A DNA stretch of 64,000 nucleotides from Sphaerodactylus townsendi (Eukaryota), in contig NC_059440.1 in the NCBI RefSeq assembly GCF_021028975.2, positions 29,016,001 to 29,080,000 of the forward strand, read 5' to 3'. The translations under genes and the position numbers were made by a program. The notes below the pieces were generated by a model that was not told where the DNA came from, did no database searches, and worked only from the letters and a program-made list of their open reading frames with translations. This document shows, one piece after another, positions 49,336 to 62,034 of this stretch (within the stretch, counting starts at the first letter, position 1; each line of letters begins with the position of its first letter).

Positions 49336-50014
49336 TGCGGGTGGGGTTACCAGTCCATTTTTTAAGTACTGGGAAAACGTTGGGAAAACGTTTGCCTCCC
49401 TTCTTGGAGCTGGCAGGCACCACAGCCCGTAGCCTGCAAAGCCTGGACTTCCAGTCCTGACGTTGCTAGGGCCTTGGCAGGCAGCAAGTGAAGTTACTCC
49501 AGGTGAGCAATGAATGTTGCCCACTCCCTGGCAACAACAATCTAAAATATAACATGGGCTATCAATTAAAGCTTCTGCCACAGACAACCTGAAGAAGCCA
49601 GGCATGAGGCCTACCAACCAGCCCTGCTCAGACCACTGTAGACCATGCAATGCAGAGGCCATGCAATGCTCCCAGGGAGCTCACCAACAGACAGGAACAC
49701 ATCGGCTCTCCTCCCCCCCTGCTCAGGTTCACTGCACCCAAAGCTGGAGGCTCTAATTAGCTTCCAAAACTTAGAGCCACAGAGGAGGAGTATTTGTGCT
49801 GGTAGGGCTTTCTGCTCCTCCATTTGCATGTGAGTGACAAGTTTGTTGTTTGCCCCACTGAAGCCATTCAGACGGCACAGGGCTTTGTAGTGGCTGCCCC
49901 AGGGAAAATCGGTGCTCTTTCTACTCCAAGGCTGCCTGTTGGTTTTCAAAGCAGATTTTCTGTCAGGCTCACAAGACGAATAACCATGAGGCTGCATATT
50001 CAAAAGTTAACACA

Positions 50015-50802
50015 TTTATTTAAAATACAGTTTATAAAATGTTTCTCTGCATACTTAAAATGATCATATGCTGATGTGGCTACTTCCTTGCCTTGTGAAA
50101 ACACACACACAAATCCTAAAGTGTCTCTAAGAACACGCCCCCTCCCCCCCAACCCTAAGTGGACTCTGAACTGATTTCAACACTGTTTGCTGAACAAAAC
50201 AATGGACTGGGCACCCATTCCAAAGAGTCCTGGAAGGCAGACTGCTCGATGGACCCTGCCGGCCTGCCTGCAGGCCTGCAGGGTCCTCCCGTATGGCTCT
50301 GCTGGTGGAGGAGCAACGTTCTCAACGGCCTTCTGCAGTGGCAGCAAGCAGGCTGTGCGCTTTTTCTGGGAGTAGCCAGCAGGAGCAGCTGGACAGGACA
50401 CTGCCCACCCAAGCAGAGTTAAGGAAAGGCATGGTGACTGACACCATTATTGCTCACACCATTATTCCCTGCACACTACCCCCTTTTTCTTCCGCTGGGG
50501 ATTTTCTGGCCTTATCTTCTCCTTGCCACCCTAACTGGAGTGAATTACTGTCCCTCCGAAAGAGCCAGAAGCATAAGACAGAAATGAGGCTGGAGGAAGA
50601 GGGTCCAAACCCCCAAACACCCCAAAGCGTCCCCCACGATTCCAAGGAAGAAAAGAAGCAGCTGCAGAAGCTGCTGCTGGTTTTGAACGAAGGGTCCTGC
50701 CGTTGGCCAAGAGGGCTCAGCTGAAAGATCCAGAAAGGGCCTCAAGTCAAACAGAGCCACGGGCAATCACGTTGTTACTTTTTGTACACAGGTAGTTTTA
50801 TT
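50015..50802 (-). terminator. SZRD1 candidate polyadenylation signals
   Basis: AATAAA on - at 50797-50802 and 50015-50020, with flanking TGTA motifs near the first. Confidence 0.55.
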
Positions 50803-52399
50803 ATTGTTGATTTTCCTCAGCCAGTTATTTACTTTGCAATATTTTTGTACAAGTCTCAGACAGACGTACAAAGAGACTCTCCCTTGCTCCCACCCCATAT
50901 GACCCGACTCAGGCAAAGTTCCATTTCCATTTCAGTCTAAGAGAAGGTTACGGGCCTGCCATTAACTGAATGCTTGTACACCTGTGGTGCCCTCTGAAAC
51001 CAGGCACACAAACCCAGTGAAGTCAGCTGGCCCAGGGTCATGTGAAGGTGGTGCTGGGGGAGGCTGAGAGCCCAGCCCCCTAGAGGGGCGAAGGAAAGGC
51101 CTCCATGGGACTTTGCACCGTGCAGAGGTTTGCCAGCCTCCCAGGGAAATCTGCCTCCAGCTGCCAGGGGAAAAGGCCAAAGGCTGGTCTTCCTGATGCA
51201 GTAAAGGGAAATTCCACCATTTCTGCTGTCCAGGTGAGACAAAAGTTAAAGCAACCAATTCCCACCAGGTGTTTTTCAGATTGCCTGGAGCCCCTCAGAT
51301 CTCTCACAATCCTATCTGGCTGACTGCAAGCATCAGGTCTGACCCTCTGCTCCATCTCTGCATGAGAAGGAACGTGGCTTCCTGCTCTCTCCTGAATCCT
51401 ACTGTGACTTCTGGAGGCGACCACCGCCTTGGAGCCACAAGGTCAAGGTCCAGCCTGCCTCATCCCACCTGCCTGGCCAACACAAGCATTGCCCAACACC
51501 CGTGGGACTTCACCCATCTGCTCCTAGCTCACCATCTCTGTGGCACCAAGCCGACCCCACCCCAGTGCCTGGAAGAAGCGCAAGCAGGCAAGGGGGCACC
51601 AGCTGATCCTCCCCCTCCCTAAATGCAACCGGTTCCATTTCACCCTCAGCCACAAAGGCCAGCAGGCTGATACCAGCTCGGATATTTCCAGGCAAGTGGC
51701 AGGTGTGCCTCGGGTGAAGGCGCAGCTCCCGTGCACTCCACATCCCACTTGGTTAGCAGCAGAGGGGACCTGGATGAGGACCAGGCATGCCCAGTCCCAC
51801 CCATCAGCCCCGGCACAAGCTCAACAAAAAGGCTTTCTCTCCCTGGAAATCTACAAACTGCCGCTTCTCAGAGAAACTAGTTAAAATTCTAACACCCCTC
51901 CCCCACGCCTTCTCATGCACTTTTGGCTTCAATACCATTAAGTTCTCCAAAACCAAACAACAACTTGTGCACAGCTCCCACCCACCCCCACCCCATGTTA
52001 ACTGAACTTGTCCCAAAAGCAACATGGGCCAACATGCATGGTTAAAGAAGCAGCCCCCGCCTCTCGCTCCCAATCCCAGCCGAGCCCCTCTGCCAAAGCT
52101 GCAGTCCTTATTGTTGATGCAAACATTGGCCAGCCGCACTGTGTGCAGCCCCACACTCTGTGGAGAAGCCTGCCCTGCTCCCTTGGGACAGCCCTCTTCT
52201 ATGCACCAATCACAGTGGGTGAAGTGGGGTCACAGTGCAGGGGGTTGAAGGGCACAGTTGGCAGAGCAAAGGGGGTCACAGTGCAAGGAACCCCGGAAGG
52301 GGGGCCTCCCTGCTCCAGTCCATTTGTCCGCTGCTGCAGTAGCACAATCCGGGCTGGGGGACAGCCCTACTTTCGAGCCGCCGAGCTGGCCACCCATGC

Positions 52400-55300
52400 C
52401 TATCTACGCTGCTTGAAGCCTTGCGAACCGTCTGGCCCCAGCGGCTGCCGGATCACGTTGCTGGGCTGTCTGGCATCTTCTGGCTGCGAGATCCTCGTGG
52501 GCCTGCGGGAGAACACACAAGCAGCTTTCACCAACCAAGCGTGCCAGCGCCAGATCAGGAGGAGACAGAAACACTCCTGCTGCTCTGACCCAGCATCCCA
52601 CCACTCATGCAGGGCCTAAGGCTGTCCCCTGAGACTGCCTCCTAGCTCTGGATTCAGAGAAAGACCTGCCTCCATGAGCAGAGGTTTGCTCTAGTCTCCC
52701 CAGAGGCCCATCAGTGCCCAAAGATCCACGAAGCTGCCTTCTGCAGAGCCAGACCATCATTTAATCTGGAGATGCTGCATGCCAAGTAGATACCCAGCCA
52801 CAATCAGTCCCTTCCTTGGCACTGGAGAAATCATCAGCTGCCTCCCTTGGAGTAACTAGTCACAGGCCAGAAAGCCTCCATCTCCTCCAAGAGCAAGCAG
52901 AATGCCACCACTGACGCTGGGGCCATGAGGGTGAGTGAGAGTGAACCCTCCTCCCCCTCCCTAAGAAAAAGCAGGTGCTTTTCCCACTGGGGACACTGTC
53001 TCACGATGCCACTGAGATATTGCTCCTTGGCAGTCAGCCACCACGCCACGCCACATGGCTTGCCCAGGAAATGGCACTGTGGCAGGAGGCTACGCTCAGT
53101 GTGGAGAGGATAACATGACATGCAGGCAGCTGGCATCCCACTCAAGTCCAGGGTGGTGTGAATGAGAGAGGGTCGGCTGCTGCCCACAGGCATAAGCACC
53201 AGAAGGCAAACCGCCTGGAGCACCACCATGGCACCTCTTGGGTTTGGCCCACTGGCCAGCAGGAAAGCCCCTCCAGCAGCAGCACCAGCCACTGCCCCCA
53301 AACCTCATGCTCCCCACCTGTCGAGAATAGGCTTCTCTTGCTCTTCTTCAGGACTCGCGCTGCCTAGAATTCGTTTCCGGGCTTCTGCATACTCCGCCTC
53401 CCTTTGGGCCAGTGACTTCCCCTGGAAAGCTGGCCGGTTGGCTGAATGAGGACTGCTGAACTCCCCGTTGCTCGTGGGCCGCTTTAAGATCCTGATCTGT
53501 GGAGGAGGACCTGAGGGAAGGCTGTCATCCTGAATGACAATCGGCACTTTAGGGGGAGATTTGGATTTCCCGCTGTCAAGAGGATCAGGGAGGGAGAGAG
53601 TTTACTACTAGTGGCACAGATTATGCAACTGCAGGCAGCGAGCAACAGACACCGCGTATTGGAAGGGCCCCAGGAGAACATCTGTGCCAGCATCCCATCC
53701 CCAGCAACCCCCCTCCTCCCAGTGCAACACAAAGCAGAGTAAGTCCCCACCACCCCAGGACAAAAGGGCCCTGCCGCTGCCGGCCTCCCCAAAGCAGGCC
53801 GCAGGGGGAGCAGCTGTTCTGCCTCAGCCGCCCAGTAGGAGGTGCGAGGCGGAGAGCATCAGTGGTGTAATGGTTAAGAACAGGTGTACTCTAATCTGGA
53901 GGATTTGATTCCCCGCTCTGCCACTTGAGCTGTGGAGGCTTATCTGGGGAATTCAGATTAGCCTGTGGACTCCAACACACGCCAGCTGGGTGATCTTGGG
54001 CTAGTCACAGTTCTTCTGAGCTCTCTCAGCCCCACCCACCTCACAGGGTGTTTGTTGTGGGGGGGGGGGGAAGGGAAAGGAGTGTGTAAGCCCCTTTGAG
54101 TCTCCTTACAGGAGAGAAAGGGGGGATATAAATCCAACTCTTCTTCTTCTAAGTCAAGGCAGCCCCCCAGCCTGAACCCAGCGGAATGAAATGCAGACAA
54201 GCCTCCAGGGCAGAATGGAAGACACACATACACACACACACACACCCCACACACACTACCATTCATCTATTTTATTTCAGTTTGGCCCCAGGAGACAATT
54301 TATTTGTTTATGTAAGCCCAAGGACCTTCCAGCAACTGGGGCCAGATCACTGTAATAGGCACTCATCGGACGCATTAAGGTCATTCCCATTCAGAATTGG
54401 GTCAGAGTAGCCTCACCTCTCCTTTTGCTTGATTCTCAGTTTCCTTTCCAGCCGCCGGTCTATTTCCTATAAGCCAACACAACCGTATCAAAAAAGAACA
54501 CTATTAAGAAAAAGGTGCAAACCGAGAGTCATCTAAGGCTATCGTGTGGAATGTGGATCCGAGGGCATTCAGGTCTTTGCAGGTGATAACCAGCACCATG
54601 AATTCAACCAAGGCAGGGGCTGCATCATACTCCAATTCTTTGGCCAGAATTGTAAATTTGGCCAAAAACTCTTCTGCATCAATTAAACAGTTCTTTTTTT
54701 CTTAAAGGGAATCAATTTGGCCTGGCTATTAAAATCTTCAAGCCAAAATTCTATTGCAGTTGCTATATAGTGTTCCCATTTAACAACAACGTGAAGATTA
54801 TTTTCACCAGCTCCTAGGAGTTCCTAAATGTCAGCCCTACTCTGTCATTTGTGCTGAGTTGGGTCAACATCTCCTAAAATGTAAGGCTTGGCTGATTTCG
54901 TTTAAAAACTGACTTACGATCCACTTTACAGCAAATTGAAACTCCCTAATGTTTCATCTGAAAAATGATTCCCACAGTATCCTATGGTTTTCCAATATCG
55001 AAACCAGAGTCTGACACTTTGGACTTTAGATCGACTCCACTGCACTTTCAAATGAGTCACGCATATTTTAGAGCTTGACCTGGGATATCAAAAATTGTTC
55101 CCTGCTCAACCGCCCACTTGTTCTCCTGCCGCATTAAAACTATCAACCTCATTACTTCCACAATTTAGATAATTCCTCACATTGTAGGTTTTATGTTAGC
55201 TTGATATAATATTCTTCCCTCAAAGGTACTGACTGAAAGATACCAGAGGATCCCTCTGCAGGAAATAACATGTCCATGTTCCCCAAGCTCTCTCGACACA

Positions 55301-56569
55301 ATATATTTTGTCATTATGGACTGCCAGTTGCATGCAGTACTATGCAATAATTTTCTCCTTCCCTTACTTTGTTCCAAAAATCTTACGAACAAGGATAGTA
55401 TTATCCAGTTTTTGTTACATGAGCTGAGACTACTGCTACAGTTGCTAGGCTCTCTGCAGTTGTTAAAGGAAAGAAGTAGACTACTGTGAGCTTTTATTTT
55501 AATTTTGTTTAGTCTGTATTATTTAAATGTCAATAAAGGATGAAGAAAGAAAATAATAATAGTCCTTTCCTGAATCAGTCTGTCTTAAGTCCCTGCAAGA
55601 ACATGAATAAACTGAAGGTAATTTCAGTCATTTGCTTAGCCCCATAAGTGAGTGGGTGAGTGGGTGGGTGATGGGCACCCTCCACGCAGCTCTAGCCAGT
55701 AACCGAACTGCTGGCATTCCTCACCAACTGGGGCCTCCAACCGGGTTGGCTCTCGGGTGGGAGGCTGGCCTCCTTGGCCCCGCGGGTCAGTCGAGAGGGC
55801 CGGTAGCAGCTTCTGCAGCCGCATCGCCCTGCGGGGCCCAGCATGGCCCTCAGAACCCCGCTGGACCCCGCAGGAAGCGCCGCCCGGTCCCCCCGCCCGG
55901 CCCCCTTCCCCCGAGGCACGGCTGGAGAGACTGAGCCCTCGGCCGGCAGAACAAGCGGCGCCGGGGGGGGGGGGGTGTCAGGGGCCACCAGCCAGCCTCA
56001 CGCAGGGAGCGCCAGGGAGCCCGCAGAGGCCCGGGCCCACAGGCGCTCCAGCCGGCGGCCGCTGCCTGGCCTGCCCCGGGAGGCCGACTCCGCAGAAGAG
56101 CCTCCGCGGCTCCCGGGAGCCTCCTCCTCCTCCTCTCCGCCCGAGGCAGGAGGGGGCAACCTTCCACGCTCCACCCTCCCCTCCGGCAGCGGGGCCGTGC
56201 CCACGGACCGAGGCCGCCTGGCCCACGAGGAGCCCGCGCGGCCCCGCCCGGCTTCCGCCGCTCTCCCGGGCCCCGCCGAGCCCCTGGGGCCGAAGGAGGA
56301 GGCGCGGGCCCTGAGCAGACACGTGGGCCGGGGCTCGCTCGGAGGGCCGAGGACACGGATCCTTTAAGAGGCCTACCAGGCGCGCTCGAGCCTGCGGCGC
56401 CTCAGCGCCTTCCACGCCGAAGGAGGGACGAGGCCCGAAGCGGCGGGGCGCGCCTCTCCCCCACCCCCCTCCCGGCCCCCCGGGGGAGAGGCCCCCGCCC
56501 GCCCCCCCCCCCGCTCACCCCGCTGTCGGCCGCCTCCTCCCAACTCTCGGCGACCTCCTCATCTTCCAT
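52400..56569 (-). CDS. SZRD1: SUZ RNA-binding domain-containing protein 1, complete, 4 exons, 152 aa
   Basis: Exons 56519-56569 ([17 protein letters not shown]), 54417-54466 ([16 protein letters not shown]), 53318-53572 ([35 protein letters not shown]...[34 protein letters not shown]), 52400-52502 ([33 protein letters not shown]). Total 459 nt. Confidence 0.97.
53855..54150 (+). mobile_element. tRNA-derived SINE (Squam3-like), near full length with (CTT)n tail
   Basis: tggtgtaatggttaaga head, gatttgattcccc B-box-like motif, ctcagccccacccacctcacagggtg core, ctcttcttcttct tail. Confidence 0.75.
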
Positions 56570-58260
56570 TGTAATGCCCCTCTGCCGCCAGCCCGCCTAA
56601 CGCGCATGCGCGCGCGCCGCTCCCAGCCGCCGGAGCACCCCCCCACCTCAGCAGAAGGCCGCCTCGACACGCCCATGCGCAGACGCTTCTTCCCGGCCTT
56701 TCTCCGGCGCATGCGCACTTCTGTTCTGTCACCGACGGGCCTCCTCACGCGTGCGCAGGCAAGACAGCCTCTTGCCCGTGGGGGCCGCACGTGCTCGTTC
56801 CCCCCAACCGCGGGGGCCCTTTCTGCACACGTGCGCCGTTTCCCTTCGGAATGCGACAAGGAACGGCGGCCCCGTACCGGGCAGAAAAGGGATCTCGGGC
56901 AGGCAGCTCACCCGGCAAGACCGGTCGCCCCCCTTCGCCCTGGAAGAGGCAGCTGCCAGCAGGCCGCATCCTTGCCCTGCTCGGGACAGGCAGATGTCCC
57001 CCACCCCCGTTTTCCCCCCTTAGGGCCGAAGGACGTCGCCTCCTGGACACCCAGTCAGGGAATCTGGACTCCGAGCGCCAGAAGAGCGACGTCCCTGCTG
57101 CTGCTGCTGCGAGCCACACGTGGCATCGCCGCCAGGTCTCTCTCCGCCTGCCTGTCAAGCCCGGTGCCCCTCGTGGGCACACCGCAGCCAGCAGGCTTCC
57201 AGCGCGGGAGCGCGAGTTCTGCTCTCTGGACTGAAACCTGCAAACCAGACTGAAAGGCCCTTTTACTGAAAGCAAGAGCCAGCCGCTGGCCCCGGGCTGA
57301 GCGCAGAGGCTCCCGCCGAGACCACCTCCGGCCCCACGGGAGCGCCTGCAGCCGGGCCCTCCGCCCTTCGTGGGGGCGGGACGGTCGTCTCGACGCTGTG
57401 ATATGAGCGAGCGGCCCTCCTCGCCGCCTTTCCCAAAGCACAGCGGGACGGTGCACCGGCCGAGCCCCTCCCGAGCAGGCCGCCGGTCTGCCTGTTGCCG
57501 CAGACGCAGGCGCCCCGCCAGAGGCCCCACAGGCCGAGGAGAGCGTCACGTGACCCCTCGCCTCTGACGGGACAATACCGCGCGTCGCCGAGGTCCCCAC
57601 CGCACGCATGCGCAGAGGGAGCGCTCGCTCGCTCCTTCCCGACCGCCCCTGGCCCCGCCCCTTCCCTCCCTCCTCCTCCTCCGGTCGGGACGGCGGCCGC
57701 GGCAAGATGACGGCCGCGGCGGCGGCGGCGGCCGGGGGGTCTCGGCGCGGAGGCGGCTGGTCCTTGGCTGCGCGGCCGCCCGGCCCACCGGAAGGGCTGT
57801 GACTAGGCGGGGAGGGGCGAGGTGAGCTCGAGGGAGGGAGGGAGGGAGGGAGGGGGGTCCTCCGGGCGGGGCTGCCGGGGCCCCTGCGCCGTCCGCGCCC
57901 CTCCCGGGCGGCTGAGGCGGGGCGGCTGCTCCCCCGCGGCCCGCTTCGGGGAGGCCGGCAGCGGCAGGGCCCTTTTGTCCCGGGGCGGCGGGGCTGCTTA
58001 CTGGGAAGCGCGGGGCGGAGGGGCCCGAGGGGCGCGCCCTGCCTGCCCTCCCCTCCCGGGGGCGAGGCGTGTTGCTCTGCCCGCGGGGACGGAGCAGGAC
58101 ACGGCGGGGCGGGGGAGGGAGAGTGGGGAGGGCTGGATGGGGCCTCTGCTGCGTCTTTCACGGGCTCCACGGTGCCCGCCCGCCCGCCCGCCCTGCAAGG
58201 TGTGCCCAGCCAGGGAGAGACTGGCCAAAGGTGCGGCGGGGGAGCGGTCGCGGGGGGGGG
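55700..58260. promoter_or_regulatory. CpG island / bidirectional SZRD1-FBXO42 promoter
   Basis: Divergent first exons about 1.1 kb apart; NRF1 sites GCGCATGCGC at 56602-56611 and 56707-56716, ACGCATGCGC at 57604-57613; palindromic E-box GTCACGTGAC at 57545-57554. Confidence 0.85.
57660..57821 (+). other. FBXO42: FBXO42 putative 5'UTR first exon (start approximate), containing a uORF
   Basis: Strong donor GAG|GTGAGC at 57821/57822 within the CpG island; ATG at 57707 to TGA at 57802. Confidence 0.6.
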
Positions 58261-60954
58261 GGGTGATTCCTATGTATGTTTTTAAACCTGTTCCATTGAA
58301 TTATACTTTTATGCCAGTGTTGTAAATAGTATCATAACATTATCTGTGGTGAGTAGACATCTATTTTGGGCAAGAAAATTTTGTAAATATTATGGATTTT
58401 TTCTTATTATAGGCTGAAGGTCTAGCAAAAGCAACCGTAACCTCGGGAGTTTGTGCTGCTTTGGAAGAGTTCACTGTAGCATAGAGAACTGGCACAAATT
58501 GGGATAACATTTGCACACCTCCAGTTGCAAGCGTACTTCCGTGAAGCAAATGACTCTTCTAAATAAGCATGGCCATAGTGGAGTGTGGGAACCTGCTTCG
58601 CCTCAACACCCTCACTACAGTGGGCAGGTTCAGCAGGAAACTGGGGTTGGAAGTCAGCAACCACCATCGTTGCATTTCCCTGACCTGAACTAGCGACTGG
58701 GCTGGCTTCTCACTACGTGCACGAAGGGGGGATGGCCTTTTGCGGGTGCTTTGGCGGAGGGCTTGACCCCCTGGCCCATGCCTGCCTTCTGTTCTCTGTC
58801 GCTGTCTCCTTGTTATTCTCCTCCCAGCTCACGCCTTAGTGTCCTTTCAGCTGCTGAAGGAGTTCACTGTAGGGAAGTTGACAGTCTTTTGGTTATCAGG
58901 CTGTGTGTTTCTTGGCAAGCAGCCGACAGGAATGGACTCCGCAGTATCTCTGCTGCAAGCAGATGAAGAAACGGAACCACCAAAGCAGAGCAAAATGAAC
59001 CTGTGCCTGCTTGATGGCAACTCTGGCCCTGGAGTAATCCATCGGCTTCCTGAGCACCAGTGGTGTTTTCTTGAAATTCATTTTGCATCTGTTTATGGTC
59101 TGGATGAGACTTGTTCTGTTAGGCAGACACCAGTAGAGTCATGATGGGGACTGTGAGCCTGGTGGTTGTTGAATGCATGGTTTGTGGGCAGAGGAGGATT
59201 CAAGCATGCTCCCACTCATGCTCTTGGACTAGCTTCATGTTCCACTCCAGAGTGCCGCTGTGTTGGAGGGCTGTGATGCAGCTGCAGGGCATCCTCCCCT
59301 CCCACTGAAGTTCTCCAAAGGAAGTTCCTGGGCATTGGGGCTGGCGGGCTGTGATGTTGGGTGGTTGGCTACCTTTTAAGGCGGGGCTTTGTGCTCAGAG
59401 CCTGGCAGTTGGGGCCAGGCTGCCAGTGTGAATGTGATCCTGCCCTTGTCTGCAGTGAGTTCAAAATGGGCCTGACTGTACACCTGACGGCAAGTAACAA
59501 CCATAGGGCTGGCCATTTCTCTGTTGAGTCGGACCCGAGAGACATTCTTGTTTGGGAAGCAGAGAAATGGGGAGGGCCTGTGTGGGCTGCTCTGGTGCTC
59601 GAGGGACAGCTGGCAGAGCCAATGATGGATTGACCCTCTTCTGGTTGCTCGGTACGCCTAAATGTCTTGGTTGCCCCTTTTGCTCCCCTCCAGTGTTCAG
59701 ACAAAGAACCTTCCAAGAGACAGCTTGCTAAGTTGGCCCCTAATACTGGTTTCCTTGGATGAGCTGAACCCCTTCTCCACCAGCGGAGTTTTCAAAGCCA
59801 TGCCCAGATGGATGTCAATGCTTGACAAACCTGGGGCCTGTTCCACAGAACCTCCAAGCTGCCGACTTTGACGGGGCCTGTCAGTATGTCCAAGTAGAAG
59901 GAATCCAGCCCTGCAGGGGCCTAAGGCATTTCTCCTCAGGCTATGAATGTCGGAGCATGCTTTTGCCCCTCTACAGGGCCAGCACCAAACCCTCTTGGCA
60001 CAGCCTCTGGCTGCCCCAGAGTGTCCGATGTCAGCTTCATCATTGCCCTTATATTCAAGACAAAGAGTAAGATGCCAGGGCATGATGTGCGCTCCCTTCG
60101 GGAGAAGGGCCTGGGAATCCTGGAGTCACTTCCCTTGTGCAGCTGCCCCGTTGAATGCCAAAAACATTGCCGAGCCCTTGCAGGCAGGCAGGGGATCTGA
60201 GCTCCCTCGGTTTGATCCTTTGCTTCAGCTAAAAAAGATGTTTTCTGCTTGGCTAAAAATCCTTGTTCTGGTGAGTGGGGGGGGGGGGAGAGGAGGGATT
60301 TCGTATCCATGTTGGTCCAGGACTGGACTCCCTGTGACATAGGCCTGCTCTAACTTGAGGGAGCTGTAAAACTCTCCCCCTGCCCCCAGGTATACGAAGG
60401 TCTGAGGAAAAAATCAGTGAGGGGTGTTTTCCCCCAGGCTTTTTGCAGTTTTCTGGTAGGGCAATTGGGACATTTGAGAAAACACTGAAAAGCTGTGAAA
60501 TATTTTCTCTTTTCAAAGACTCAGGATTTATTCACCATGTGTAGTAATAATAATGTTGACCGTGACAGTTAGCTGAGCTATTGTTGGCAGATGCCCTCTA
60601 TGTAGGAAGAGTGAGGTCTGTGATAATCCATATGCTGGGGTCTGCGTGACTGCGTGACCACGGTGCTGCTGTGTCAGGTGGGCAAGCAGGGGTGCGGTTT
60701 CAGCTGCTCCTTCTTCCACAGCAGTGGGCTGTGCCTGTTGCCCAGCGGATCCGCACAGTAAAAATCCTGCTGTCTTGAGCTGTTCCTAATTGCCTCTTGT
60801 TCCCTTTTGCTTGGGCTTCTACTAGAGATATGAAAATGTTGGAAGTTTTGAAGCCATGGGAAAGTCCCTGGGTTTGCAGGAGTGGGGGAGTCCAAACTAA
60901 ACTTATTTTACTGATTTAACAACATGGCACGGGAATGCTTTGATTGTGTCTTCC

Positions 60955-61012
60955 TACATGGCAGTGGATTGGCCTGGATGACCCTTGAGGTGTCTTCCAA
61001 CTCTATGATTCG
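60955..61012 (+). mobile_element. CR1 extreme 3' end
   Basis: ttggcctggatgacccttgaggtgtcttccaactctatgattc, the canonical CR1 terminal motif. Confidence 0.55.
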
Positions 61013-61224
61013 GCATATCTATGGAATATAAAAGGAGAAATGTGTTGGTTTTCTAGAGGAAAAATTGCAGATGGACCTGATATTTGAAAAGGAGCTGCAC
61101 ACTGCTGATCCCGTGCTACCCAAGCACACACGGGTCTTTAATTTTTGCAGCCTGCCTCACAGGTACATGTATTTCTCCGAGCCCGTCACATTCCCAGCTG
61201 ATGCCCCTTTTGTTTTTTTTCAGT

Positions 61225-61340
61225 GACCCTTTGGAATGGATTGGAGTGAATGACTGTGACTTGGTCAAGGCAACTTGGCAAGCGTCACATCTGAGCAAAG
61301 GTTAGAACCCGGGTCTCACTAGTTCAGGTGCAACACGGCC
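61225..61340 (-). mobile_element. SINE fragment (MIR/Squam3-like)
   Basis: gtgacttggtcaagg...ggttagaacccgggtctc pattern. Confidence 0.4.
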
Positions 61341-62034
61341 AGCAGGGTGTCAACAGCAGCCACCTCTAGCACCAAACCTCAGGGTAAGTCTTTTGTGTAT
61401 ACGAGGGCTACACGCTCCATCTCCAGAGACTCTCTTCTTAGTTGGGGTCTGGACTGAAGGGCCCAATGGTCTGCTGAGGTTTCAGAGGCAGGAAAGAGAA
61501 GCCAACCAGGTGGTTATGTAGCAGGCAAGGCGAGGCAAGTGGTGGGCTTCTTTCCTGCCTCAAAACAACTCTGGAGGCTGTGGGGGCTTTCTCCAAGTCA
61601 GTTGGTGGGAGTGTCCAGTGCCCAGAGGCCAGAGCAACTAACCTCTCATGAAAGGTTATGGTGGGAGTTCTCCTCCCCACCCCAACCCTAGCTGGGCTTT
61701 TTACTGATTGCAGGAATGAGTTTTAGCCTGGAGAAAGAAAGGTGTTCGGTACCATGTTTCTTTGGGTGCAAAGACTTCTTGAAGTGGAGCACAACTTCCC
61801 TTCATTCCCCCTCCTGCAGCAGCCTGAAATGCCCCCTGAAGTCCTGCTCCTGGGGGAAAGGGCGGGAGGGTTTGCAGGAGCAGGGCATCGTGGGAGACTT
61901 TCCTTGCGCCCACAGAAATGCTGTGCTGGCTCACACTCCAAGAAAGCTAATGTTTTTTTGAACTTATTTAGTGAAAAAATTACATCACATACAGTTGTAT
62001 AAACAACGTTAAGCAGTTGCTGGCCGAACGAGAG

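Noticed and set aside
53855-53925. tRNA gene
   Set aside because: Only A/B-box-like motifs with no cloverleaf, continuing into a SINE body and tail
57055-58170. 371-aa ORF and other long ORFs in CpG islands (40136-41792, 48269-49279, 55757-56415)
   Set aside because: Low-complexity Pro/Arg/Gly/Ala frames expected from very high GC content
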